64,000 bases of DNA from Candidatus Limnocylindrales bacterium (GCA_038915165.1 JBCLDE010000003.1:12008-76007); one strand, 5' to 3'; counted from the first letter of the stretch, positions 30,991-40,994 are shown. Program-made: numbers and translations. Notes: a model not told the origin generated them from the letters alone.

Positions 30991-32139
30991 TTGAGGACGT
31001 TGATGTCCAGCTCCCAAAGGTCGGGCCCCTCGCAGACCGCCACCTTCGCCCTCGCGATCGGTGCTGCCCTGGTCATCGGCACGCTGATCGCGATCGTCGC
31101 GGGCAGTGACCTGCTCAAGGCTGGCCAAGCCTTCGTGACGGGCCTCTACCCGCCCATCGCCGTCACCGACCAGGGCGCCCAGATCCGCGACCTGTACACC
31201 ATCGTCTTCCTGATCTCAGCGGCCATCTTCCTGCTCGTCGAGGGCCTGATCATCTGGACGGTCGTGCGCTACCGACGCAAGCCCGGCGATGACACCCTGC
31301 CGGCGCAGACACATGGCAACAAGATCGCCGAGATCGTCTGGACGGTCGTACCGACGCTCATCGTCATCTTCCTGTTCGTCATCTCGTGGCAGACGCTCAA
31401 TGTGGTCGACACCCATTCGGCTGAGCCGCAACAGCGGATCCGGGCTGTCGCCGGTCAGTTCCAGTGGCAGTTCGACTACCTGTCCGCGGATGGCAAGACG
31501 ATCCTCTACACCCAACTCGTCCCCACCGGCGAGGACGGCGGCATGGTGGTGCCAGCCGGTCGGACCGTCCAGCTGACACTGGTCAGCCAGGACGTCATCC
31601 ACGCCTTCTACGTGCCGCAGTTCCTGTTCAAGCGCGATGTCGTGCCGGGTCGGGTCAACAGCTTCGAATTCAAGGTCAGCGACAAGGAGGCGGGGCAGAC
31701 GTTCCGCGGCCAATGCGCGGAGCTGTGCGGCGTCGGCCACCGGATCATGCTGTTCGAGGTCCACGCCCTCACCGGCGCCGAATTCGACACCTGGCTGGCG
31801 GCCAAGGTCGCCATACCCAACGCCACGCCGCCTCCCACACCCAGCGGCGAAGCCGGCCCCACGATCAACGTGACGGCGAGCGGCGTGAAGTTCGAGCAGA
31901 CGACCATCAGCGCCCCGGCCGGCAAGCACTTCCGAATCGAGTTCGAGAACAAGGACGCAGGCACCCCACACGATGTAGCCATCCGCGAGGGCTCGGCGAC
32001 GGGCAAGGAAGTCTTCAAGGGCGAGCTCTTCAATGGCGTGGCCAAGAAGACCTACGACGTACCGGCCCTGCCGGCCGGAACCTATGCATTCGTGTGTACG
32101 GTCCATCCGACGATGACCGGCACCCTGACGGTCCAGTAA
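30991..32139 (+). CDS. ctaC: Cytochrome c oxidase subunit II with extra C-terminal cupredoxin, copy 2
   Basis: 382 aa. Two N-terminal TM helices. CuA site ..GQCAELCGVGHRIM... The added C-terminal domain has a type-1 Cu ligand pattern ..TPHDV..FVCTVHPTM... Confidence 0.95.
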   Translation: MRTLMSSSQRSGPSQTATFALAIGAALVIGTLIAIVAGSDLLKAGQAFVTGLYPPIAVTDQGAQIRDLYTIVFLISAAIFLLVEGLIIWTVVRYRRKPGDDTLPAQTHGNKIAEIVWTVVPTLIVIFLFVISWQTLNVVDTHSAEPQQRIRAVAGQFQWQFDYLSADGKTILYTQLVPTGEDGGMVVPAGRTVQLTLVSQDVIHAFYVPQFLFKRDVVPGRVNSFEFKVSDKEAGQTFRGQCAELCGVGHRIMLFEVHALTGAEFDTWLAAKVAIPNATPPPTPSGEAGPTINVTASGVKFEQTTISAPAGKHFRIEFENKDAGTPHDVAIREGSATGKEVFKGELFNGVAKKTYDVPALPAGTYAFVCTVHPTMTGTLTVQ

Positions 32140-32149
32140 GGAGCCGCCG

Positions 32150-33778
32150 ATGGCGACCACGAAGGTGAGACGGACGGCCCCTGCCTACGGGAGCACCCTG
32201 TACGACTGGGTGACGACGACCGATCACAAGAAGATCGGGATCCTCTACATCATCAATTCGTTCGTGTTCTTCTTCATCGGTGGCCTGTTGGCCATCGGCG
32301 TCCGGACCGAGCTGGCGATGCCCGGCCTGCAGTTCGTCACCGACCAGACCTACAACGAGATGTTCACGATGCACGCCACGTTCATGATCTTCCTGTTCGT
32401 GATCCCGATGCTGGCTGGCTTCGGCAACTACGTCGTGCCGCTCCAGATCGGCGCCCCGGACATGGCCTTCCCGCGAATCAACGCGATGTCGTTCTGGATG
32501 TTGCCGCTGGCCGGCGTCCTGCTCCTCCTCGGGTTCATCACGGGCGGCACGGCAGCGGCCGGCTGGACGAGCTACGCACCGCTCTCGCTGGACCGGCCGC
32601 TCGCCTCGACCGGGTCAGGGCAGGACCTGTGGATCGTCGCGCTCGCGCTGATCGGGACGAGTTCCATCCTGGGCGCCATCAACTTCCTCGTGACGATCTT
32701 CAAGATGCGAGCCCCCGGCATGACCCTCTTCCGGATGCCGATCATGGTCTGGACCATGCTGGTCACCTCGGTCCTGGTGCTGATGGCGACCCCGGTCATC
32801 ACGAGCGCGCTGATCATGCTGTTCATCGATCGCAACTACGGTGGGTCCTTCTTCGACCCGGCCCGCGGTGGCGATTCGATCCTCTACCAGAACATCTTCT
32901 GGTTCTACTCGCACCCGGCCGTCTACATCATGGTCCTGCCGGCGATGGGCATGATCAGCGAGATCCTGCCGGTCTTCAGCCGCAAACCGCTGTTCGGCTA
33001 CAAGGCCTTCATCTTCGCGACGGCGGGGATCGGGGCGCTCGGCTTCTCCGTGTGGGCCCACCACATGTTCACGACCGGCGCGGTCTACCTGCCGTTCTTC
33101 AGCGTCATGACCTTCCTCATCTCGGTCCCGACCGGGGTGAAGATGTTCAACTGGATCGCCACGATGTGGCGTGGCCAGCTGGTGCTCAAGACGCCCCTGC
33201 TGTTCGCCATCGGCTTCCTGTCGATGTTCCTCATCGGTGGCCTCAACGGCGCCTTCAGCGCCTCGGTGCCGGTCGACTTCGCGCTCCATGACACCTACTG
33301 GGTGGTCGCCCACCTGCACTACGTGCTGTTCGGTGGATCAGTCTTCGGGATCATGGGCGGCTTCTACTACTGGTTTCCCAAGATGACCGGCAAGATGATG
33401 AACGAGACAGTCGGCAAGGCGCACTTCGTCCTCATGTTCATCGGCTTCAACCTGACCTTCTTCCCGATGCACGAACTGGGTCTGGCCGGGATGCCGCGAC
33501 GGATCGCCGACTACTCGTCGACGGCCGGCTGGAACGACCTCAACCTGCTCGCCACTGTCGGCGGCTTCACCATCGCCGCGAGCATGCTGCCGTTCCTCTG
33601 GAACGTCTTCCTGTCGCTGCGCAGCGGGGCGCCGGCCGGCGATGACCCATGGGAGGGCAACACCCTCGAGTGGGCGACCAGCTCACCGCCGCCCGCCTAC
33701 AACTTCGACCGCCTGCCCGAGATCCGGTCGGAGCGCCCGCTGTTCGACCTTCGACACGGTCGGACGGACGAGCGCTGA
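32150..33778 (+). CDS. ctaD: Cytochrome c oxidase subunit I, copy 2
   Basis: 542 aa; ..WFYSHPAVYIMVLPAMG.., ..WAHHMFTTG.., ..VVAHLHYVLFGG... Confidence 0.97.
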   Translation: MATTKVRRTAPAYGSTLYDWVTTTDHKKIGILYIINSFVFFFIGGLLAIGVRTELAMPGLQFVTDQTYNEMFTMHATFMIFLFVIPMLAGFGNYVVPLQIGAPDMAFPRINAMSFWMLPLAGVLLLLGFITGGTAAAGWTSYAPLSLDRPLASTGSGQDLWIVALALIGTSSILGAINFLVTIFKMRAPGMTLFRMPIMVWTMLVTSVLVLMATPVITSALIMLFIDRNYGGSFFDPARGGDSILYQNIFWFYSHPAVYIMVLPAMGMISEILPVFSRKPLFGYKAFIFATAGIGALGFSVWAHHMFTTGAVYLPFFSVMTFLISVPTGVKMFNWIATMWRGQLVLKTPLLFAIGFLSMFLIGGLNGAFSASVPVDFALHDTYWVVAHLHYVLFGGSVFGIMGGFYYWFPKMTGKMMNETVGKAHFVLMFIGFNLTFFPMHELGLAGMPRRIADYSSTAGWNDLNLLATVGGFTIAASMLPFLWNVFLSLRSGAPAGDDPWEGNTLEWATSSPPPAYNFDRLPEIRSERPLFDLRHGRTDER

Positions 33779-33785
33779 GCGGACG

Positions 33786-34433
33786 ATGACGACCGATAGC
33801 AACGTGGTGCCCGTCGAGCACGACCCGCTGACCTCGATGCCCCACGACACCCATGGAGGCATCAGCAACCCGGTCCTCGGGATGCTCCTGTTCATCACCT
33901 CCGAGGTGATGTTCTTCGGCGGCCTGTTCGCCGCCTACTTCAGCATCCGGGCCAACACGCCGCAGTGGCCGCCGATCAACCCGGAGACCAGCGAGCCGTT
34001 CCACTTGGCGATCCTGCCGTTCGTCGGCCCAGCCACCATCCTGCTGATCCTGAGCTCGGTCACCTGCCAGTTCGCCGTCTGGGCGATCCGGCGCGACGAC
34101 CGCGTCGGGTTCCTTCGCAGCATGACCGTGACCGTCATCCTGGGAATCGTGTTCCTGGCGATACAGGTGACGGACTACGCGCTCCTGGGCCAGGAGGGCC
34201 TGACCCTCTCGTCCGGGACGTACGGGACCACCTATTACACGCTGACCGGCTTCCACGGGGCGCACGTCCTGGGCGGCGTCATCATGCTGAGCGTCGTGCT
34301 CTACCGAGGGATGGCCGGCCAGTTCTCGGCCAGGCACTACGATGCCGTCGAGGGGGCTTCGCTCTACTGGCACTTCGTCGATGTCGTCTGGATCCTGCTG
34401 TTCTCGCTCCTCTACCTGCTGCCCGGGAAATAG
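33786..34433 (+). CDS. ctaE: Cytochrome c oxidase subunit III, copy 2
   Basis: 215 aa from ATG 33786 (ORF-track start 33642 overlaps ctaD). ..LFITSEVMFFGGLFAAYF.. and ..LYWHFVDVVWILLF... Confidence 0.9.
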   Translation: MTTDSNVVPVEHDPLTSMPHDTHGGISNPVLGMLLFITSEVMFFGGLFAAYFSIRANTPQWPPINPETSEPFHLAILPFVGPATILLILSSVTCQFAVWAIRRDDRVGFLRSMTVTVILGIVFLAIQVTDYALLGQEGLTLSSGTYGTTYYTLTGFHGAHVLGGVIMLSVVLYRGMAGQFSARHYDAVEGASLYWHFVDVVWILLFSLLYLLPGK

Positions 34434-34445
34434 GAGGCGACCGCC

Positions 34446-34640
34446 ATGCATCCCCTCCGTCATCCCCGTAACGCCGCCCTTGTCGGGATCCTGTTCCTGG
34501 TCATCGGCCTCATCTTCTGGGCCGTCCCGTACTTCGGTGGCTGGCACGTGGACTACGCCGGCACGACGATGCTCATCTTCCTGGGGGCGGCGACGGCCCT
34601 CCTGGCCTACGTCCTCGTCGCCGGATCCTCCGGGGAGTGA
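34446..34640 (+). CDS. Small 2-TM membrane protein in the cox operon (possible oxidase subunit IV), copy 2
   Basis: 64 aa and hydrophobic (..LVGILFLVIGLIFWAV.. and ..MLIFLGAATALLAYVLVA..). Lies 12 nt after ctaE. The function is inferred from position only. Confidence 0.55.
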   Translation: MHPLRHPRNAALVGILFLVIGLIFWAVPYFGGWHVDYAGTTMLIFLGAATALLAYVLVAGSSGE

Positions 34641-34682
34641 CCGGGATCGCTCGCGCCCGCGCGACCTGACCTCGGCTGACCG

Positions 34683-35777
34683 ATGCTCGAACGGATCTGG
34701 ACCAGCATCCTGGAGCTGCTCGCGACGATCGTGACCCCCGACTGGGGTGCGCTGATCGCCCTGATCCCGGTCGGTCTGTCCATCCTCATCGTGGTCGTCC
34801 TGTTCCGGACCTTCCGCACGCTGCTGACGGCGCCGAAGCCTCGCCGCGGCATGGGTCGGGTTCCGCCCAGGACGCCGACCGGCATCCATATGCCTGGCCC
34901 GTCGTTCGCCCCGGTGTTCGCGGCCATCGGCGTGAGTCTGCTGTTGCTGGGCCTGGTCTTCGACGGCATGGTCCTCATCCTGGGTGCCATCGCGCTCGTG
35001 CTGACATTGCTGTACTGGCTGGCCGAGGCGCTTCGTCTGTACGACCGCGACATCCGGGCGACGGCGACGGTCGTGCCTGCGGTCATCCACGACGGGCCGC
35101 CACCCGGAGTCCACATGCCCGGGCCGTCCTGGCGACCGTTCCTCGGCGCCGTGGGCGTCTCGCTGTTGATGCTCGGACTGGTCTTCGGCAGCTGGCTCCT
35201 GCTGGTGGGTGTGATCGCGCTGGTCGCGACGCTCCTCGGCTGGCTCGGGGACGCCCGCAAGGAATACGCCAAGACCGTCGAGGCGGACAGGACCGGCCAT
35301 CTCGAGAACATCCCTGCCGCCAGGACCCCCTCGCGCCTGCTGGGGACCCTGACCGTCCTGCTCATCGGGGCGGTGATCATCCAGTCCGGCGTCTTTGCGT
35401 CCAGGCAGGCCGATGGCGCGACCGGTGGAGCCGCCGCCTCAGGCGCACCGGCCTCGGGTCCGCCCGCTTCCGGCGGACCGGCGGCCAGCCAGGCGCCGGT
35501 GGCCGATGTCCTGATCCAGGCGCAGGGAGTGAAGTTCCTGCAGTCATCGATCGTCGCCCCGGCGAACAAGGCGTTCACCATCGCGTTCGACAATCAGGAT
35601 CCGGGGACACCGCACAACGTGGAATTGAACGACTCGAGCGGGGCGATCGTCTTCAAGGGGGAGATCTTCCCCGGCGTCGCGACGAAGGTCTACGACATCC
35701 CGCCACTGGCGGCCGGCAAGTACACCTTCATCTGCATCGTCCACCCGTCGATGACGGGGACCGCGACGCTGGAATAG
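34683..35777 (+). CDS. Membrane protein with duplicated HMPGPS(F/W) motif and C-terminal cupredoxin, copy 2
   Basis: 364 aa. GIHMPGPSFAPVFAAIG and GVHMPGPSWRPFLGAVG each precede a TM pair. A Gly/Ala/Ser linker follows, then a cupredoxin ..TPHNV..FICIVHPSM.. paralogous to the CtaC tail. Confidence 0.8.
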   Translation: MLERIWTSILELLATIVTPDWGALIALIPVGLSILIVVVLFRTFRTLLTAPKPRRGMGRVPPRTPTGIHMPGPSFAPVFAAIGVSLLLLGLVFDGMVLILGAIALVLTLLYWLAEALRLYDRDIRATATVVPAVIHDGPPPGVHMPGPSWRPFLGAVGVSLLMLGLVFGSWLLLVGVIALVATLLGWLGDARKEYAKTVEADRTGHLENIPAARTPSRLLGTLTVLLIGAVIIQSGVFASRQADGATGGAAASGAPASGPPASGGPAASQAPVADVLIQAQGVKFLQSSIVAPANKAFTIAFDNQDPGTPHNVELNDSSGAIVFKGEIFPGVATKVYDIPPLAAGKYTFICIVHPSMTGTATLE

Positions 35778-35828
35778 CCGGGCACGACCACGCCGCGTCG
35801 ACCGATCCTCCTCGCGCTGCTCCTCGCT

Positions 35829-36314
35829 GTGCTCACGACCGTCGGCGTCCTGCTGCTCGTGCGATCGGGCCAGGGCGGGCCGCGGGTGGCGGTCGGCGAG
35901 GTCGCGCCGCCGATCATCGGGACCACGCTCGATGGTGCACCGTTCGATCTGGCGAGCCTCGCCGGCAAGCCGGTCATCATCAACTTCTGGGGGCCCAGCT
36001 GCGTGCCGTGCCGTGACGAGTTCCCGCTGTTCCAGGCGAAGCTCGCCGAGCACGCGACCGATGGGCTGGCCATCGTCGGGATCCTGACCGACGACCCAGC
36101 GCAGCCCGCCCGCGACTTCGTGGCCGACTATCACGCGACCTGGCCCACGGTCGTCGACCCGGACAAGGCGATCAGGACGGTCTATCGGGTCGCCGCCCGA
36201 CCCCAGACGTACTTCGTGGATCGCTCCGGCGTCGTGCGGTCCATCCAGGTCGGCGAACTGACCGACGCGGACTTCGAGCGCCAGTACGCCAGGATCGCGA
36301 CGACCGCGCCGTGA
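35829..36314 (+). CDS. TlpA/ResA-like thiol-disulfide oxidoreductase, copy 2
   Basis: 161 aa; membrane anchor and thioredoxin fold with WGPSCVPCRDEFP (CxxC). Confidence 0.85.
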   Translation: MLTTVGVLLLVRSGQGGPRVAVGEVAPPIIGTTLDGAPFDLASLAGKPVIINFWGPSCVPCRDEFPLFQAKLAEHATDGLAIVGILTDDPAQPARDFVADYHATWPTVVDPDKAIRTVYRVAARPQTYFVDRSGVVRSIQVGELTDADFERQYARIATTAP

Positions 36315-37312
36315 GCGGCTCGACTGGCGAGCCCGCGGTCGTCGTCGACGAGCTGGTCAAGCGGTACGGCGCCCGGACCGTCCTGGACGGCGTGTCCATG
36401 TCGATCGCGGCCGGCGAACTCGTGGCCGTCCTCGGCCCGAACGGGGCCGGCAAGACCACGACGGTCGAGATCATCGAGGGGTACCGCAAAGCCGATGGAG
36501 GCCGCGTGCGCGTCCTGGGCGTCGATCCGGCGACCGGCGGGCCCGCCCTGCGCGCGCGGGTCGGACTCATGCTCCAGGGTGGCGGGGTGGACCCGCGCGC
36601 CAAGCCGCTCGAGACCATCCGCCAATACGGGCGCTTTCACCGGGATCCCCGCGACGCGAACGAGCTGATCGACCTGGTCGGACTCCGGGCGGTCGCTGGG
36701 ACACCTTATCGACGACTGTCCGGGGGCGAGCGCCAACGGCTCGGTCTGGCGCTCGCGCTGGTCGGCCGGCCGGAGGTCGTCGTCCTGGACGAACCGACCG
36801 CCGGGATGGATCCGGAAGCGCGGGCCGCCACGCGGGCGATCGTCGCGGACCTTCGGACGGAGGGGGCCGCGATCCTCCTGACGAGCCACGACCTGACCGA
36901 TGTCGAGCGGCTGGCCGACCGGATCTGCGTCCTGGACCGGGGCCGGATCGTCGCCTCCGGCACGGCCGCGGAGCTGGCCGCCGGGGTCGCACCCAGGCTG
37001 CGGTTCCGCCTTGACCGCCCGCTCGGCCCGACCGAAGCGGCGGTGCTGGGACGGGCGCTCGCCGCCCAGCGGCCCGGCGCCATGCTCGCGATCGAACCCG
37101 ACGGGGCCCATCATCGGGTGGATGGCGTTGAGCCGGACGCGGCACTCGTGGCGAGCCTCGCAGCCTGGTGCGCCACGGCCGATCGGCTGATCGTCGAGTT
37201 GCGAACGGGTGGCGGGACGCTGGAGGAAACCTACCTCGCACTTGTCGGGCCGACACCGGGCGACGACGCCGCGGCGGGCGATGCCGCCGGCGAGTCGGTG
37301 ATCCCGGCATGA
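36311..37312 (+). CDS. ABC transporter ATP-binding protein (DrrA-like), copy 2
   Basis: Walker A GPNGAGKTTT, signature LSGGERQRL, Walker B VVVLDEPTAGMD. Confidence 0.9.
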   Translation: MSGSTGEPAVVVDELVKRYGARTVLDGVSMSIAAGELVAVLGPNGAGKTTTVEIIEGYRKADGGRVRVLGVDPATGGPALRARVGLMLQGGGVDPRAKPLETIRQYGRFHRDPRDANELIDLVGLRAVAGTPYRRLSGGERQRLGLALALVGRPEVVVLDEPTAGMDPEARAATRAIVADLRTEGAAILLTSHDLTDVERLADRICVLDRGRIVASGTAAELAAGVAPRLRFRLDRPLGPTEAAVLGRALAAQRPGAMLAIEPDGAHHRVDGVEPDAALVASLAAWCATADRLIVELRTGGGTLEETYLALVGPTPGDDAAAGDAAGESVIPA

Positions 37313-38058
37313 GCCGCCCGGCCTCCCCCCTCGCGGCAACGCTCGCCCAGGCCGCGATGGAGCTGCGCCTCACCGCCCGGCGCGGCGAGAACGTCCTCGT
37401 CACGGCCGTCATCCCGGTCGTCGTGCTGCTGTTCTCTGCCTCGGTCAGCGTGCTGCCGACCGGGGGTGGCTCGCCGGTCGACTTCCTCCTGCCTGGCGCA
37501 CTGGCGCTGGCAGTCATCGCGACAAGCCTCGTGAATCTCGGCATCGCGACGGCATACGAGCGGCACTACGGGGTGCTGAAACGGCTGGGTGGCTCGCCCA
37601 TGACACGGGGCGGTCTCATCGCGGCGAAGATGCTGGCGGTCCTGGCCGTGGAGATCGCCCAGGTCGTCCTGCTCGTCGCGGTCGCGGCGGCCGTGCTGGG
37701 CTGGCGGCCGGGCCCGACCGTCTCACCACTCCTCGTCGCGGTCGTGCTGATGCTCGGGACGTTCACGTTCGCCGGCCTCGGCCTGCTGCTTGCCGGTGCA
37801 CTCCGGGCGGAGGCGACACTCGCCCTCGCGAACGTTCTGTTCATCGCGTTCCTGCTACTCGGCGGGATCGTCCTGCCGGTAGACCACCTTCCGGTGGCGC
37901 TCCAGGGCATCGCCTCGATCCTGCCCGCGGCAGCCCTCGCCGATGCGTTCCGCGTGGCGCTTGGGCAGGGCGGCGACGCCGCAAGCTCGATCGCGGTCCT
38001 ACTCGCCTGGGGCGTCGGGTCCGTGCTGCTCGCGGCGCGGACGTTCCGCTGGGAGTAG
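37309..38058 (+). CDS. ABC-2 type transporter permease, copy 2
   Basis: ATG 37309 overlaps the ATPase stop (ATGA). 249 aa, multi-TM. The ORF-track start 37168 adds an Arg-rich out-of-context N-terminus. Confidence 0.8.
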   Translation: MSRPASPLAATLAQAAMELRLTARRGENVLVTAVIPVVVLLFSASVSVLPTGGGSPVDFLLPGALALAVIATSLVNLGIATAYERHYGVLKRLGGSPMTRGGLIAAKMLAVLAVEIAQVVLLVAVAAAVLGWRPGPTVSPLLVAVVLMLGTFTFAGLGLLLAGALRAEATLALANVLFIAFLLLGGIVLPVDHLPVALQGIASILPAAALADAFRVALGQGGDAASSIAVLLAWGVGSVLLAARTFRWE

Positions 38059-38165
38059 GCGGGCATCGTCCGTTGTCGGTCGTCCCAAGGCCCGGGACCG
38101 CGTGTCCTCCAGCGCACGCCACCCGACTATCCTCGCCGCGTCGGACGCACACCAGCGAGGCCCGC

Positions 38166-38808
38166 ATGATCCTGACGTCACCGTTCCACGAGCGGACGAG
38201 CGCGCTCAACAAGACCGGACTGTGGAGCCACTGGTCCGGCCACCTGGCCGCCGATCGCTACCAGATGTCGGACAAGTTCGAGTACTTCGCGGTCCGTAAC
38301 TCGGCCGGCGTCTTCGACACGTCGCCGCTCTACAAGTACCGGATCCACGGCCGCGACGCGGAGCGTTTCCTGGCTGGCGTGCTGGCCCGCGACATCCGCA
38401 CCTGTGCCCCGGGCAACGCGCAGTACACCGTCTGGTGCGACGACCGTGGCTTCGTCGTGGAGGACGGCGTCATCCTCCGGCCCGCCAGGGCTGACCGGCC
38501 TGCTGGTGGACTGGGCGGACTACGACCGGATCTATGGCGGCGCCGGCCTGATCCCGCCGAAGGACCACACGCCGGTACAGGAGGAGATGTTCGTGTACGG
38601 CGATGCGGGTCACCAGGTCGGCTATGCCACGAGCTTCATGTACTCCCCCATCCTTCAGCGCCATATCGCTCTCGCCCGGGTCCGGCCGGGACTCGCCACG
38701 GCCGGGACGCCGGTCCGCCTGGAGATCGACGTGAACCATCGATATGAGTACGTCGCGGCCCGGACCGCTCGATCGCCGCTCTACGACCCCGCTCGAAAGA
38801 CGGCCTGA
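38166..38808 (+). pseudogene. GcvT/aminomethyltransferase-family gene with a large internal deletion and frameshift, copy 2
   Basis: The N-terminal ~105 aa are MILTSPFHERTSALNKTGLWSHWSGHLAADRYQMSDKFEYFAVRNSAGVFDTSPLYKYRIHGRDAERFLAGVLARDIR..FVVEDGVILR. The frame then switches near 38480 to the C-terminal ~100 aa ..[55 protein letters not shown]. The family is normally about 360-380 aa. Confidence 0.6.
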
Positions 38809-38809
38809 C

Positions 38810-40366
38810 ATGACGACGAAGAAGCGTTCGACGAAGACCGCCGGGCCGGGGCCGAAGGCGACCACGAAGACCGCGCCGAGTGACCGGACCTACGACGCGA
38901 TCGTCATCGGGGGCGGGCACAACGGCCTGGTCAACGGTGCGTATCTCGCGAAGTCGGGGCTCAAGACCCTCATCCTGGAGCGGCGAGGACTGGTCGGCGG
39001 CGCGGCCATCACGGAGGAGCTGCACCCGGGCTTCTCGTTCACCACGTTCTCGTAGGCGCTGAGCCTGCTGCCGCCGGCGATCATCCACGATCTGGAGCTC
39101 ACCAAGCACGGTTTCATGCCGCTGCTGATGTCGTCCACCTTCGCGCCGATGGAGAATGGCGACTACCTGTGGCTCGGCCAGGACCACGGCCAGAATCTCA
39201 AGGAGATCGCGCGCCACAGCCAGCACGACGCGGACGCGTACGAGCAGTACTCGCACGACATGGAGCAAGTCTGCCAGGCCCTCAAGCCGCTGCTGGACGC
39301 CGCGCCGCCCGACCTCTTCAGCGACGAGCCCGAGGAGCTGCTCGCGCTCGCTTCGCTCGGCTCGCGCCTTCGCAGGATGGACAAGCGCGTGCTCCACAAC
39401 GCAGTCCGGCTGCTGACCGGCAGCGCGGCCGACTTCCTCGACGACTATTTCGACTCGGAGATCCTCAAGGGCTACCTGGCTTCGTCGAGCATCATCGGGA
39501 CGAAGGTCGGACCCCGATCTCAGGGTTCGGGGCTCGTGCTCCTGTACCACTCGATGGGCGAACACGACGGTGAGTTCGGTGCGTGGGCCTTCCAGAAGAG
39601 CGGCCGGGCGACCGGCGTCGCCCTCAGCGACGGCAGCGAGTACCACGCCGCCACCGTGGTCAGCGCGCTCGATCCGCGACGCACGTTCCTGGAGCTGGTG
39701 AACCCGCGCGAACTGCCGACAGACCTCGTCGAGGACATCAACCGCTTCCGCTTCCAGGGCACCTCGTCGAAAGTCAACTTCGCGCTCGACGGTCTGCCGA
39801 AATACCCGGCGCTGGGCGATCGAGGCGATCAGTTCCGTGGATTCACGAACATCGGTCCGTCCATGGATTACCTGGAGCGCGCCTTCGACGAGGCCAAGTA
39901 CGGCTGGTACAGCTCGCGTCCGTATATCGATGGTGCCATCCAGTCGACGATCGATCCGGACATGGCGCCGCCCGGCAAGCACGTCATGAGCTGCTTCATC
40001 CAGTACACGCCCTACCAGCTGCGCGAGAGCGACTGGGACACGGAGCGCCACAACCTTGGCGACACCGTCCAGCGGACGCTGGAGTCGTTCTTCCCGGGGT
40101 TCAGCGACCTCATCCTTCATCGCGAGGTCGTCACACCGCTTGACATCGAGCGCACGGTCGGGCTGAGCGAGGGCAACATCTTCGCGGGCGAATTCCTCGC
40201 CCCGCAGATGTACTTCTTCCGCCCGGCACCCGGCTGGAGCCAGTACCGGACGCCGATCGACGGCTACTACCAGTGCGGGTCGGGCACGCACCCGGGCGGC
40301 TGCGTCATGGGCGCGCCGGGCAAGCTCGCTGCGGAACGGATCCTCAAGGACCGCGCCAGGGCCTGA
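38810..40366 (+). pseudogene. CrtI-family FAD-dependent oxidoreductase interrupted by an in-frame TAG, copy 2
   Basis: Dinucleotide-binding motif [23 protein letters not shown]. ORFs 38744..39055 and 39116..40366 share one frame and are joined by TAG 39053..39055 (..FSFTTFS*ALSLLPP..). A GGMG-containing segment expected between ..GAWAFQK and SGRATGV.. seems absent. Confidence 0.7.
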
Positions 40367-40382
40367 GGGGTCCTTCCGGGGC

Positions 40383-40466
40383 AGCTGGCGGAGCGAGGGC
40401 GGGGCGGGCGAGCTGGCGGGGCGGGCGAGCTGGCGGGGCGGGCGAGGGCGGGCGAGCTGGCGGGCG
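40383..40466. repeat. Imperfect GC-rich tandem array, copy 2
   Basis: Mirror of 11931..12014. Confidence 0.85.
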
Positions 40467-40865
40467 AGGATCCTGTCAAATGCGCGTGTGGCGAGCGTAA
40501 GGCACCTGCCAAGCCCGATTCGCGACCAGTGGATCGGGTGTCCGTACCGCTATGAGCGTGACTCCAGCACGTTCACGGGTCGATCATCGGGCTCTGGACG
40601 ATCTGGATGCGCCCACCGCTCGCCTTATGCACATCTGCCAAAAACCGTCCGCTGGCCCTCGCCCTCGCGGGCCATCGCCCTCGCTGGCCATCGCCCTGGC
40701 GGGTGTTCCGCTTGGGAACGAGATTGCGATGAACCCCTCGTGGACGCGGCCCCAGGCGACAGATCTCGCCAATCTGCGGATCCATCCACGCTCAGCTGTA
40801 GGAAACGTGTTACGCACCCCACGGAACGCGCCGCCGACCGGCGCGGCGGGCCCGGAGCTGACCGG

Positions 40866-40994
40866 CGCAGACTCGACGACGTCGACCTCGAGGTTCCCGA
40901 GGGCACGATCCTCGGATTGCTCGGCCCCAACGGGGCGGGCACGACGGTCCTTCCGTCAACGTACGGACCGTCCCTCCTACCGAGCGCTCGCTAG
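40866..40994 (+). pseudogene. ABC-transporter ATPase N-terminal remnant, copy 2
   Basis: ..RRLDDVDLEVPEGTILGLLGPNGAGTTVL.. The Walker A has lost its Lys (GPNGAG-TT), and a stop follows 15 codons later. Confidence 0.45.
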
